Assembly (NCBI GenBank): GCA_903928345.1
Contig: CAIYQO010000229.1
Coordinates: forward strand, 1,351 to 65,350
DNA: 64,000 nt
Direction: 5' to 3'
DNA from: an uncultured bacterium
GTDB taxonomy: Bacteria; Armatimonadota; Hebobacteria; CAIYQO01
In this document: positions 39,621 through 48,824 of the stretch, in pieces
Numbering within the stretch: the first letter of the stretch is position 1
Layout of the letters: the number at the start of each line of letters is the position of its first letter
Notes under the pieces: generated by a model
Told to the model about the DNA's origin: nothing
The model's database searches: none
The model's input: the letters and a program-made list of their open reading frames with translations, nothing else
Position numbers and translations under genes: made by a program

Positions 39621-40190
39621 ATGGGACACGGGCAAGCGACAATTCAGACGCTCCTCGGGGGGTTGCTCAAAAACCGCCATCTGGTGGCCAGCATGCGTCA
39701 GGTCATGGTGATGACGCTGTGGGAACAGGTGGTGGGGGGCATCGTCGCGCAAAAGTCGTGGCCGGAGTCGGTGAAAGAGGGCGTGCTGACCGTGGGGGTG
39801 ACCTCCCACGCGTGGGCGGAGGAGCTGCACCTGCTCAAGGGGCAGATCGTCACGCGCTACCGCCAGTTGCTGGGCCGCGCCGCGCTGAAGGACGTGACCT
39901 TCCGTGTCTCCCGCCGCAAGCACCACGACAGCCGCGCCGCCGACGCCCCGCTGGTGCTGCACCCCGCGCGTGAAGAGCGCCTGCCCGTGCAACCCGTGCC
40001 CGGCCACCTGCTCGACGGCGTCACCAACCCCGAGGTGCGCGACCTGCTCGGTCCCGTCTTCGCCCGCCTGCGCGCCGAGCGCGAGTGGAAAACCGCCCAC
40101 GGCTGGGCGCGCTGCCCCGCCTGCTCCCACATCTACCACGGCTCCGCCTGCCCCCACTGCGCCGCCGCACCGCAACTGGCCTCGTCGTAA
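39621..40190 (+). CDS. DUF721 (DciA-like) domain protein with a C-terminal C4 zinc ribbon.
   Basis: LLGGLLKNRHLVASMRQVMVMTLWEQVVGGIVAQKSW...GVLTVGVTSHAWAEELHLLKGQIVTRYRQLLG matches the DUF721 pattern. C-terminal CPACSHIYHGSACPHC. Confidence 0.6.
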   Translation: MGHGQATIQTLLGGLLKNRHLVASMRQVMVMTLWEQVVGGIVAQKSWPESVKEGVLTVGVTSHAWAEELHLLKGQIVTRYRQLLGRAALKDVTFRVSRRKHHDSRAADAPLVLHPAREERLPVQPVPGHLLDGVTNPEVRDLLGPVFARLRAEREWKTAHGWARCPACSHIYHGSACPHCAAAPQLASS

Positions 40191-40358
40191 GAAAAAACCA
40201 CAAAGGCACCCCTATTGCATCGGGGTATCCTTATCCGCCGTAGCTTTATGCGAAGGCGGATGTGGTTAACACTGTCCTCCCTCTACAACCGCTGCCTCTC
40301 CCCACGTCACACCGCTTCCTGCTATAATAATCCGGAACTTTTCGCGGAGGTAGCGGGT

Positions 40359-41009
40359 ATGCGGACGATGGACGAAGTGGTGGCCGGCATTGCGGCGTGC
40401 GGCGTGGTGGCGGTGGTGCGCGCGGAGAGCGCCGACGAGGCGCTGGGCGCCGTGCGCGCGGTGCGCGCGGGCGGGGTGCAAGGCATCGAGGTGACCTTCA
40501 CCGTGCCGAACGCGGAGCGCATCATCGCGCGGCTGGCCGAGGAACTGGGCGATGAGGTTTACCTGGGCGCGGGCACGGTGACCACCACCGCGCAGGCGCA
40601 ACTCGCCATCGACGCCGGCGCGCAGTACCTGGTGAGCCCGGGCTTCGACCCCGAGGTGGTGGCCTACACCCTCGAGCGCGGGCGCCCCTTCTTCCCCGGC
40701 GTGCTCACCCCGAGCGAGATTCTGGCCGCCAAAAAGCTGAACGTGCAGGTCTTCAAAATCTTCCCCGCCTCCCGCCTGGGCGCCGCGTACCTGAAGGATC
40801 TGCAAGGCCCCTTCCCCGGCATCAAACTCCTCCCCACCGGCGGCATCGACGTGCACAACGCCGCCGACTACATCAAAGCCGGCGCGGTGGCGCTGGGCGT
40901 GGGCGGCAAACTGGTGGACAAGGCCGCCATCAAAGCCGGCAACTGGCCCGCCCTCACCGCCACCGCCCAGGAGCTGATGCGCGTGGTCGCGGAAGCGCGG
41001 GGGAAATAG
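40359..41009 (+). CDS. eda: KDPG/KHG aldolase (2-dehydro-3-deoxyphosphogluconate aldolase).
   Basis: VVAVVRAESADEALGAVRAVRAGGVQGIEVTF...GAGTV...PGVLTPSEI...KIFPA, with the Schiff-base Lys region. Start at ATG 40359 (RBS GGAGG). Confidence 0.8.
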   Translation: MRTMDEVVAGIAACGVVAVVRAESADEALGAVRAVRAGGVQGIEVTFTVPNAERIIARLAEELGDEVYLGAGTVTTTAQAQLAIDAGAQYLVSPGFDPEVVAYTLERGRPFFPGVLTPSEILAAKKLNVQVFKIFPASRLGAAYLKDLQGPFPGIKLLPTGGIDVHNAADYIKAGAVALGVGGKLVDKAAIKAGNWPALTATAQELMRVVAEARGK

Positions 41010-41065
41010 TCCCGTCCTCCCCATATTGACACGCCCCCCGCATACTCCGTAAGCTGTGACCGTAC

Positions 41066-42475
41066 ATGGAGGAGTTCCCCATCAGCTCGCGGCCCGTTCC
41101 GCACCGCAGCATCTTTCGCGCGGTGGGCCTTACCTTTGCCGGGCAGGGGTCGCTGGTCGTGCTCAACGGCATGTCGGGCATCATCACGGCGCGTTTGCTG
41201 CATCCGGCGGGCAAGGGGCAGCTCGCCACCGCCCTCACAGCGGCGGGCATCCTGGGGCTGCTGGCGGAGCTGGGGCTGAAGACGGCCATCATCCGCGCCG
41301 TGGCCAGCGGCCGCGCGACGTGGAAGGAAGGCGTCGCCACCGCGCTGGCCATCTACGGCGTGCTTTGCGCCGTGCTGCTGCCCGTGGCCATGCTGGCGCT
41401 GCGGCACGTGCACGGGTGGTTCCTGACCGCCATTCCGCTGCCTATTCTCTATCTCGCCTTCGCCGGCGTGCCCTTCGGCCTGGTGCTCACCGCGTTGAAC
41501 AGCGTGATGGCGGGGGCACAACGCCAGCCGGAGGTGAGCCTGACGCAGGTGCTGGTGCGGCTGGGCACGCTGGTGGGCTTCCTGGCGCTGCTCTGGGTGC
41601 CGTTTGCGGGGGTGAATGGCGCCGACATCGGCTGGCGGGTGTATGTCGCCGCGATCGCGCAGTTAATCGGGCTGGTGGTGGGCATCGTCGCCTCGCTGGT
41701 ACTGCTGGCGCGGCTTCCCGGCGGCCCGACGCGCGTGCGCGTGGACCTGATCCCCGAGCTGCTGCGCTTCGGGCGGGTGATGTATGCCGCCAACCTGGCG
41801 CAGTCGCTGAACTACCGGCTCGATGCCCTGCTCGTCTTCACCTTCCTGGGCAAAACGCCGGCGGGCATCTACGCGGTGGCGGTGTCCATTGCCGAAATGC
41901 TGCTCTACCTGCCGGACAGCATGGCCCAGGTGCTGCTGCCCACGGTGAGCGGCGACAGCACCGGCGCCACCCCGCGCACGGCCCGGCTCGCGCGCATGAA
42001 CGTCTTCGTCATCGCCATGGCAGGCGTCGCCATCGCCGTGGTGGGGTATCCTGTCATTCGGGGTCTGCTCGGGAGCGGCTTTGCGCCGGCGTATCCCGCG
42101 CTGCTGGTGCTCTTGCCGGGCATCCTCGCCATGGGGCAGGCGCGGCTGCTCGCCGCCGAGTTGACCGGGCGCGGTGCCCCGCGCTTCGTGGCGGCGTCCG
42201 CGTGGGTGGCGCTGATCGCCACCGTTGCGCTCGACCTGTGGCTCATCCCGCGCCCGGGCACCTGGCACTTCCTGCACATCCCCCAGCCGGGATGGGGTAT
42301 ACTCGGGGCGGCGACGGCCTCCACGGTGGCGTATACCATCGCCATGGGCGTGCTGCTTATCTTCTACCGCCGCCACACCGGCGTGCGTCTGCGCGACCTG
42401 TTCGTCGTGCGTCGCGGAGAACTGGCCGAATTCCGCCAACGTCTGCGCTTCGCGCTGCGCAAGGCACGGACGTAA
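41066..42475 (+). CDS. Polysaccharide biosynthesis protein / Wzx-like flippase (MOP superfamily).
   Basis: 469-aa protein with about 12-14 predicted TM helices, next to wecB and a glycosyltransferase. Confidence 0.75.
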   Translation: MEEFPISSRPVPHRSIFRAVGLTFAGQGSLVVLNGMSGIITARLLHPAGKGQLATALTAAGILGLLAELGLKTAIIRAVASGRATWKEGVATALAIYGVLCAVLLPVAMLALRHVHGWFLTAIPLPILYLAFAGVPFGLVLTALNSVMAGAQRQPEVSLTQVLVRLGTLVGFLALLWVPFAGVNGADIGWRVYVAAIAQLIGLVVGIVASLVLLARLPGGPTRVRVDLIPELLRFGRVMYAANLAQSLNYRLDALLVFTFLGKTPAGIYAVAVSIAEMLLYLPDSMAQVLLPTVSGDSTGATPRTARLARMNVFVIAMAGVAIAVVGYPVIRGLLGSGFAPAYPALLVLLPGILAMGQARLLAAELTGRGAPRFVAASAWVALIATVALDLWLIPRPGTWHFLHIPQPGWGILGAATASTVAYTIAMGVLLIFYRRHTGVRLRDLFVVRRGELAEFRQRLRFALRKART

Positions 42476-42569
42476 CGATTTTGGATTGAGGACGGGGCCG
42501 GTCTCCGGTTTGGCTCGAAGGCAGAGATTGCTGATTCGGTTGGGCACCGCATTCTGGGAGGACAATAAC

Positions 42570-43730
42570 ATGGATCAGTCGGAAAACGCACCAAACAATC
42601 AGCAATCCGCAATCCGCACTCCGCAATCGATCAAGGTCGCCACCATCGTAGGCGCGCGCCCGCAATTCATCAAGACGGCGGTCGTCTCGCACGCGCTGCG
42701 CGAGGCGGGGTTGCACGAGGTGCTCATCCACACAGGGCAGCATTACGACCCGTTGCTCTCCGATATCTTCTTCGCCGAGTTGGGCATCCCCGCGCCCGAC
42801 CACGCGCTGCACGTGGGCTCCGCTGCGCACGGCGCGCAGACCGGGCGCATGTTGGAGGGGCTGGAGGCGGTCTTCCAGCAGGAACGCCCCGACTGGGTGC
42901 TTGTCTACGGCGACACCAACTCCACCCTGGCCGGCACGCTGGCGGCGGCGAAGCTGCACATACCCGTCGCACACGTGGAGGCGGGCATCCGCTCCGGCAA
43001 CCGCCGCATGCCCGAGGAACTCAACCGCATCGCCACCGACCACCTGGCCGACCTGCTCTTCGCCCCTACCGACCTCGCCGTGGACAACCTGCGCCAGGAG
43101 GGCATCCCCGACGCGCGCGTGCGCCAGGTGGGCGACGTGACCTGCGACGCGGCGCTCTACTTCGCCCGGCGCGCCGCAGAGGGGGCGGATATTCTGCCCA
43201 AACTCGGCCTGACCCCCGGCGGTTACGCGCTCGCCACCGTGCACCGGCCCGAAAATACCGACGACCCTGCCGTACTGCGCGCCATCTTCGCCGCGCTGGA
43301 CGCGGTGGCGGAAGATCTCCCTATCGTGCTGCCGCTGCACCCGCGTACGCGCGCCGCGCTGGTCGCCGCCGGCACGTCCATCGACGCGTACCCGCACCTG
43401 CGCGTGCTGGAGCCGCTGGGCTTCATGGACATCCTGCGCCTGGAGCAGGGGGCGCGGGTGCTGCTCACCGACTCCGGTGGCATGCAGAAGGAAGCCTTCT
43501 ACTTCCACGTCCCCTGCGTGACGCTGCGCCCGGACACGGAATACCCGGAACTCGTCGCAGCGGGCTATCTGGCGCTGTGCGTGCCGCGCACCCCCGACGA
43601 GCTGCGCGCCGCCATCGACGGGATGCTCACCGCCTACCCGACCGAACGCGACTGGGCGCCCTTCGGCCACGGCGACGCCGCTCGCCACGTGGCACGCATC
43701 CTGGTGGAGGAGGGCCCGGCATGGCGCTGA
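42570..43730 (+). CDS. wecB: UDP-N-acetylglucosamine 2-epimerase (non-hydrolysing).
   Basis: KVATIVGARPQFIKTAVVSHAL...HTGQHYD...LVYGDTNSTLAG...HVEAGIRS...PEE.NR are epimerase signature motifs. RBS GGGAGGA. Confidence 0.85.
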   Translation: MDQSENAPNNQQSAIRTPQSIKVATIVGARPQFIKTAVVSHALREAGLHEVLIHTGQHYDPLLSDIFFAELGIPAPDHALHVGSAAHGAQTGRMLEGLEAVFQQERPDWVLVYGDTNSTLAGTLAAAKLHIPVAHVEAGIRSGNRRMPEELNRIATDHLADLLFAPTDLAVDNLRQEGIPDARVRQVGDVTCDAALYFARRAAEGADILPKLGLTPGGYALATVHRPENTDDPAVLRAIFAALDAVAEDLPIVLPLHPRTRAALVAAGTSIDAYPHLRVLEPLGFMDILRLEQGARVLLTDSGGMQKEAFYFHVPCVTLRPDTEYPELVAAGYLALCVPRTPDELRAAIDGMLTAYPTERDWAPFGHGDAARHVARILVEEGPAWR

Positions 43731-44998
43731 TCGTGCCCCAGCCAGCCCCGGACGCCCCGCCCACGCGGCGGGTGCTGCTGCTGAGCTACTTCTACCCGCC
43801 CCACGCCGCGGTCGGCGCCCACCGCGCGGAGGCGCTCGCCCGCTGGCTGCCCGACTTCGGCTGGACCCCCACCATCCTCACCGCCGACCGCCCCGGCACC
43901 GCGCCGGACGTGCTCACCACCCCCGACCTGGGGCCGGATCTGGCCGGCGGCGTGCCCGGCGGGACGGAAGGCGTGAAGTCACGTCTGCTGCGACCGCTGA
44001 AGCGGCTGGCGCGCTTCCTGCCACGCTGGCACGACGAATACGCGCGTTGGAGCTACGCCTCCGTGCCGCGCGCCATCGAGGAAGGCCGCGCGCGCGGCAT
44101 CGACCTGGTGTGGGCGACGTGCAACCCCTTTTCCGCGACGCCGGCGGCGCTGCAGGTGGCGCGCGCGCTGGGCGTGCCGTGCGTGATCGACCTGCGCGAC
44201 GCCCTCCCCGCCTACCTCACCCACACCGTGCCGGCACTGCACTGGTTTTACCGCGCCATCAGGCAGGCGGACGCCGTCACCGTCTCCGCGCCAGCCAATG
44301 TAACGCCCGCCCTCGCCGCCGCGCTGCCCGGCGCCCAGGCGGTGGTGCTCAGCGGCATGTGGAACCCCGACCCGGTGCCCGCGCAGCCGTCGTCACGCTT
44401 CACCATCCTCTACGCCGGCGCGCTCTACGGCGACACGCGCGACCTGACGCCCTTGCTGCGGGCGATGGGACGATTGGCAGACGAGGAGCCGGGCTTCCGC
44501 GACGTGGCGCGGGTGCAGATTATCGGTGGGGAGAGCGACGCGGCGACGCGCCTGCCCGGTTTTGCCGCGGTGGCCGGCCTGGTGGAGTTGCGCCCGCGCC
44601 TGCCGCACGCCGAAGTGGTGCCGCTGATGGCGCAGGCGGGGGCGCTCTGCATCGTCAAAGGCGCGGGCTTCGAGCACGCAGACGCGCTGCCCGCCAAATT
44701 CTTCGACTACCTGCCCTTCGCCGCGCCCATCGTCGCCTTCGGCGGCGTGCCGGGTATCCTGGCCGATCTGCTGACCTGGAGCCGTGCCGGGGCCTGGCTA
44801 CCCGACGCCGGCGCGCTGGCGGACACCCTGCGCACCCACTTCCGCACCTGGCGCGAGGCCGGCGTCGTCGTGCGCCCGCGCACCCCCGACGCGCTGGCCT
44901 ACCTCACCCAGCGCCGCATGGCCGCCGAATGCGCCGCCCTCTTCACCGCCGCCGTCGAGGGTCATCCCGCCGCCACACTCCCCGCTCCATGGACATAA
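43721..44998 (+). CDS. Glycosyltransferase, GT4-like (group 1).
   Basis: LLLSYFYPPHAAVGAHR N-terminal GT-B motif, with C-terminal nucleotide-sugar binding region. ATG overlaps the 3' end of wecB. Confidence 0.7.
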   Translation: MALIVPQPAPDAPPTRRVLLLSYFYPPHAAVGAHRAEALARWLPDFGWTPTILTADRPGTAPDVLTTPDLGPDLAGGVPGGTEGVKSRLLRPLKRLARFLPRWHDEYARWSYASVPRAIEEGRARGIDLVWATCNPFSATPAALQVARALGVPCVIDLRDALPAYLTHTVPALHWFYRAIRQADAVTVSAPANVTPALAAALPGAQAVVLSGMWNPDPVPAQPSSRFTILYAGALYGDTRDLTPLLRAMGRLADEEPGFRDVARVQIIGGESDAATRLPGFAAVAGLVELRPRLPHAEVVPLMAQAGALCIVKGAGFEHADALPAKFFDYLPFAAPIVAFGGVPGILADLLTWSRAGAWLPDAGALADTLRTHFRTWREAGVVVRPRTPDALAYLTQRRMAAECAALFTAAVEGHPAATLPAPWT

Positions 44999-45000
44999 TC

Positions 45001-45242
45001 GTACTCGTAATCGACCCCCTGCCCCGAAGGGGCGTGCGATTATAGCCACGGGCGGAGCCCGTGGTATGCGGGACAGAAAACGTCCGAGCCCCGACGGGGC
45101 GACAGAACACGTGTCTGCCGCCCCGTCGGGGCTCGGTGTTTCCTCCGTACCCGACCACGGGCTGCGCCCGTGGCTAGCATCTGCGGCCCCTTCGGGGCAA
45201 TAGTCGATTACGAGCACGATTACGAGCACGAGCACGATTCCG
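45001..45242. repeat. Nested-palindrome element, family R2 (gccccgaaggggcg / ccacgggcggagcccgtgg / gagccccgacggggcgacag), copy 1.
   Basis: Outer IR tcgtaatcgac...gccccgaaggggcg / gccccttcggggc...gtcgattacgag. Homologous (about 80%) to 63201-63388. Followed by short tandem cacgattacgagcacgagcacgatt. Confidence 0.8.
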
Positions 45243-45246
45243 CGGG

Positions 45247-48200
45247 CTACCGCCCGGCCACCAACTTCCACTGCCCCCACATCCCCGGCGTGAGGCGCGC
45301 TTCGGTGGGGAGGTCGGCGGTTTGGCCGGCGGCTTTGTTATGCCAGTAGATGCGCTCGCCGGTGAGGCCGGGGTTGCCGCGCAGGATGCCGATGTCGGCG
45401 CGCAGCGTCTGCCCCGCCTGCGGCGCGAGCCCCAGCGCCGCCAACGGCACGGAGAGTTCCCACGTATACAGCTTCGCATTCGAGCGCGCGGCGGGCTGAG
45501 TGCCCGCCAATTCCACCTGCGCGCTGATCTCCTCCACCCGGTCGATCGTCGTCGTGCCCACGGGGGAATCGTACTTCACCGGCGCGTTGCTCGTCGGGTC
45601 GACGGCGCGGAAGAGCACCGCCAGCGGCTTCCCCTTCACCAGCGCCACCGTCAGGCGGATATCCCCCGGCACCGGGGTTTGCCGTTTCGCGTCGGCGGCG
45701 GGATTGGTGCCGATGTATAGGTCCAGCGCATCGCCGCCTTTGAAGATCGTCTGCGCCGAGTCCGGCCGGTTGTCCAGCGTCAGCGGGTAGGTGGTGCGGA
45801 ACGCGGCATACAGCCGGTCGCCGGATATCCGCACGGACGCCTTCGTCTGCGCATCCACCGTCGCCCACGCCGCGCCTTTCCAGTCGGTCAGCACGCCGTC
45901 CACGACGGGCGCGTCGGTAGTCAAGGGCACGGTTAGCGTATCCTCCTCCGGCGTGCGGGGCCGCGCGGCCTCCTGGGCGAGGAAGTACGCCTGCGCCGCC
46001 GCCAGCAGCGCCGGGGTCACGGTCAGCTCGGTCGGCGGCAGGCGGCGGATGGTGTCCAACCCGTCCACGCGCACCAGGCTGGAGCGATTTTTGCCCGCCT
46101 GCAGGTAGATATTGCCGTCGGCGGTCTGCGCCATGGTGGGGAAGTAGCACTCCGCCAGCAGCGTGCAGTCGTTGAGGAGCATCCCGCGCTTGGCGGGGGT
46201 GGGCCAGTAGTGCGACGCCGCCACGCGCGTATCCTGGAAGAGCGTCGACACGAACAACCCGTCGGTGGTGAGCAGGAAAAGGTCGCCGTAGTCGCCGCTG
46301 ATGCCCCACACCTCGGTGTCGGTGCCGCGCGGCGCCACGGCGGGCCCGAGCAGCGCCATGGTGTTGAGCAGTTGCCCCGGGTACTGCGGCTTCGGCGACA
46401 GCCCCTTACTGTGCCCGCTCGCCCACTGGCTGTGGTAGTACCATATCTTTTCGCCGTGGTGGAACCCCTCGATGGGGCCGCCGGTGAGCACGAACCAGTC
46501 GTCCTTGCCCAGCACTGCCTGCCGCGTGGGGATTTCCCCGATCGTCACGGGCGTTTTCAGCAAGTGCGTCACCTTCCCGGCGTCGTACAGCGGCACCCCG
46601 GCGGGGGTGAAGCCGGTCGGGGTGAGCAGGTCGCCGAAGTTACTCACCACGCTCAACCCCTGCCCGGCGGTCCAGGAGGGGAAGGGGTGACCCGTCACCG
46701 CGAAGGTCACCTCCTCCGGCTGCACCTGCTCGTCGCCGTTGGCGTCGCTCCAGGCGAACATCAGGTTCACGCGCACGCGCTTGCCATCCGGCCCGGGGGC
46801 ATTGAAGAGAGGGATCTTCTTCACGGTGTTGTCTTTGGGGTCTTTGATCGTGATGTCGTTCTCCACCACGCCGTCGGGCAGGTGCGCCTTCATATACCCG
46901 CTCGGTACCACGGCGTCGTCGAGCACGCTCCACGAGCGGATGATGCCCACCGCCGCCACCAGCCGCGCCGCGCCCTGGTCGATCTTCCAGATGCCCGCGG
47001 TGGACGGGCCGTCGTTTTCGTTGTAGGCGTTCGTCATGTAGCGCCGGCCGTTGGCATAGACGGCGTAGTGCGGGGTCTGATTCACGCCGTCCTTGTTGAG
47101 AATCTGCAGCCGGCCCGTGTCGGGGCGAAAGAGCACCGCGGCCAAGTCGGAGGTGCCCTGCTCCCAGTCCACGTGGAACTCCAGGCTGCCCGAGGCGGGG
47201 GCAAAGTAGAAGCGCGACTTGTCCACCGGGTCCAGGATGCCGCCGCCGCCGTAGGGCGTGGGGCCGATGAAGGAGTTGCGCAGCTTGCCGTCCAGCGACC
47301 ACACGCTGCAGCGCTTGGGCAGGTAGCTGCTTTCCGCCACCCACAGCTTGCCGTCCGCCGCGATGGTCAGCCCGTTCGGCTGCGTCATCAGGCGCGGGTT
47401 ATACACCCCCACCTGCAGCGGCCCGGCGTCGCCGATGGCGCGCAGGAAGGCGCCCGTGGGCGAGAACACCTTTACCTGGTTGCTCGTCGCCCAGTCGCCC
47501 ACGTACAGGTTGCCCTGGGCGTCGCGCGCCAGCTTGTGCGGGTCGAGCAGGCCGGTGACCAGCGTCTTTGCGCCCCCCAGCGTGCCGGTTTTCCAGTCCA
47601 CGGTGAAGCTGTGTATCTCTTTACCGGTGACGGCATACAGCGTGCCCGCGGCATCGACGAGCACCCCGGCGGGGTCGGGCAATTCCGCGGTGCCGAGAAT
47701 CTTCCCCTTGGCCCCCGTGACGTCGATGAAGAGCAGCTTACCCTCCGGCGGCAGGCTCGCGACGGCGACGCCGTTGTAGACGGCCACGCTGAGTCGGTAG
47801 GTATCCGCGCGGTTGTACGGCGTCGGGGTGGGATACGTCGCCAGCGTGACGCACTTGCCGTCGTTCATCAGCCCCAGCAGTTGCACCTTGCTCTGGTCGT
47901 AAAAGAGGGTGTAGGCATACGTCTCCGCGCGCGGGGTGGTCCCCGTATCGACGGCCAGCGCGTGCCCGCCCTGCCAGCCGGATGCCTTGGAGCCGTAGAG
48001 CTTCTTGCCCGTCAAATCCAGCCACGCGAGGGAGAAACCCGCCTCCGCCACCGGCGCGGCCATTAATATCTGCGGTGTGTCGCCGTAGGGCGATTTGGGC
48101 AGCGCCAGCACCGAGGTCTGCGGGGAATGGTCGGCCAGCCACGCGCCGTCGCCCTTTTCCGTCTCCCACGGCGGGGTGCCGGGGTTGTTCACCGTCAACT

Positions 48201-48528
48201 CGTAGACCAGATTCAGCGGCCCGTGCACCAGCCCGTGCACGCGGTAGGCCCCCGCGCTCACCAGCTTACCCTGCACCTCGTACGTCCACGTCGACGCGCC
48301 GCGCACGACGCCGCTCTCGTCCAGCCCGTCCCAGTAGACGGTATGCGCGCCCGCCGCGAAATACGTCTCGCCCAGCAGGTTGCGCACCCGATGTCCCGCC
48401 GCGTCGTCGATGACCAGCGTGACATACCCCGGCGTCGCCAGCGTGAAGCTGACCGGAATCGGCGGATGCCCCTCCGCCCACACCGCACCGCACAACACCG
48501 CCAACAGGAACAGGGTCAGCAACCGCAT
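45247..48528 (-). CDS. Large secreted protein (1093 aa) with signal peptide, NHL/SMP30-like beta-propeller repeats and a C-terminal CBM9/DOMON-like domain.
   Basis: Signal peptide MRLLTLFLLAVLCGAVWA. Propeller-like repeats (NLYVGDWATSNQVKVF, KLWVAESS). C-terminal DGVLTDWKGAAWATVD...RISGDRLYAAF resembles CBM9/DOMON-type modules. The domain assignment is by pattern only. Confidence 0.7.
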   Translation of the reverse strand: MRLLTLFLLAVLCGAVWAEGHPPIPVSFTLATPGYVTLVIDDAAGHRVRNLLGETYFAAGAHTVYWDGLDESGVVRGASTWTYEVQGKLVSAGAYRVHGLVHGPLNLVYELTVNNPGTPPWETEKGDGAWLADHSPQTSVLALPKSPYGDTPQILMAAPVAEAGFSLAWLDLTGKKLYGSKASGWQGGHALAVDTGTTPRAETYAYTLFYDQSKVQLLGLMNDGKCVTLATYPTPTPYNRADTYRLSVAVYNGVAVASLPPEGKLLFIDVTGAKGKILGTAELPDPAGVLVDAAGTLYAVTGKEIHSFTVDWKTGTLGGAKTLVTGLLDPHKLARDAQGNLYVGDWATSNQVKVFSPTGAFLRAIGDAGPLQVGVYNPRLMTQPNGLTIAADGKLWVAESSYLPKRCSVWSLDGKLRNSFIGPTPYGGGGILDPVDKSRFYFAPASGSLEFHVDWEQGTSDLAAVLFRPDTGRLQILNKDGVNQTPHYAVYANGRRYMTNAYNENDGPSTAGIWKIDQGAARLVAAVGIIRSWSVLDDAVVPSGYMKAHLPDGVVENDITIKDPKDNTVKKIPLFNAPGPDGKRVRVNLMFAWSDANGDEQVQPEEVTFAVTGHPFPSWTAGQGLSVVSNFGDLLTPTGFTPAGVPLYDAGKVTHLLKTPVTIGEIPTRQAVLGKDDWFVLTGGPIEGFHHGEKIWYYHSQWASGHSKGLSPKPQYPGQLLNTMALLGPAVAPRGTDTEVWGISGDYGDLFLLTTDGLFVSTLFQDTRVAASHYWPTPAKRGMLLNDCTLLAECYFPTMAQTADGNIYLQAGKNRSSLVRVDGLDTIRRLPPTELTVTPALLAAAQAYFLAQEAARPRTPEEDTLTVPLTTDAPVVDGVLTDWKGAAWATVDAQTKASVRISGDRLYAAFRTTYPLTLDNRPDSAQTIFKGGDALDLYIGTNPAADAKRQTPVPGDIRLTVALVKGKPLAVLFRAVDPTSNAPVKYDSPVGTTTIDRVEEISAQVELAGTQPAARSNAKLYTWELSVPLAALGLAPQAGQTLRADIGILRGNPGLTGERIYWHNKAAGQTADLPTEARLTPGMWGQWKLVAGR

Positions 48529-48824
48529 GAGAACAACCTCCCCGGATCGATAGCCTAACCTTCGTCCCGCGCGGGCAGAGTCCTGCCGACGGTGCTTTTT
48601 AGAGACGCTCCCTGTACGACAAGAACAGCGGAATGCTGGGGCACGGACATGTAATTAATCAATATAACAATAAAACAATATTGCTTATACTTGCAACGCT
48701 GGGATAGGAAAACCGGGGTACAGTCATATCACGCATCGTGCGAGCATCAGAAGAAGCATCTCAGCTACGACACGGCACCCGCATAGCGGCTCTCGCACCG
48801 GGAGTAGACAAGGAGAGCGTGACT

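Noticed and set aside
46210-48066. 618-aa plus-strand ORF inside the large secreted-protein gene.
   Set aside because: Antisense of the 1093-aa gene, which has a signal peptide and repeat structure. The plus-strand translation is low complexity.
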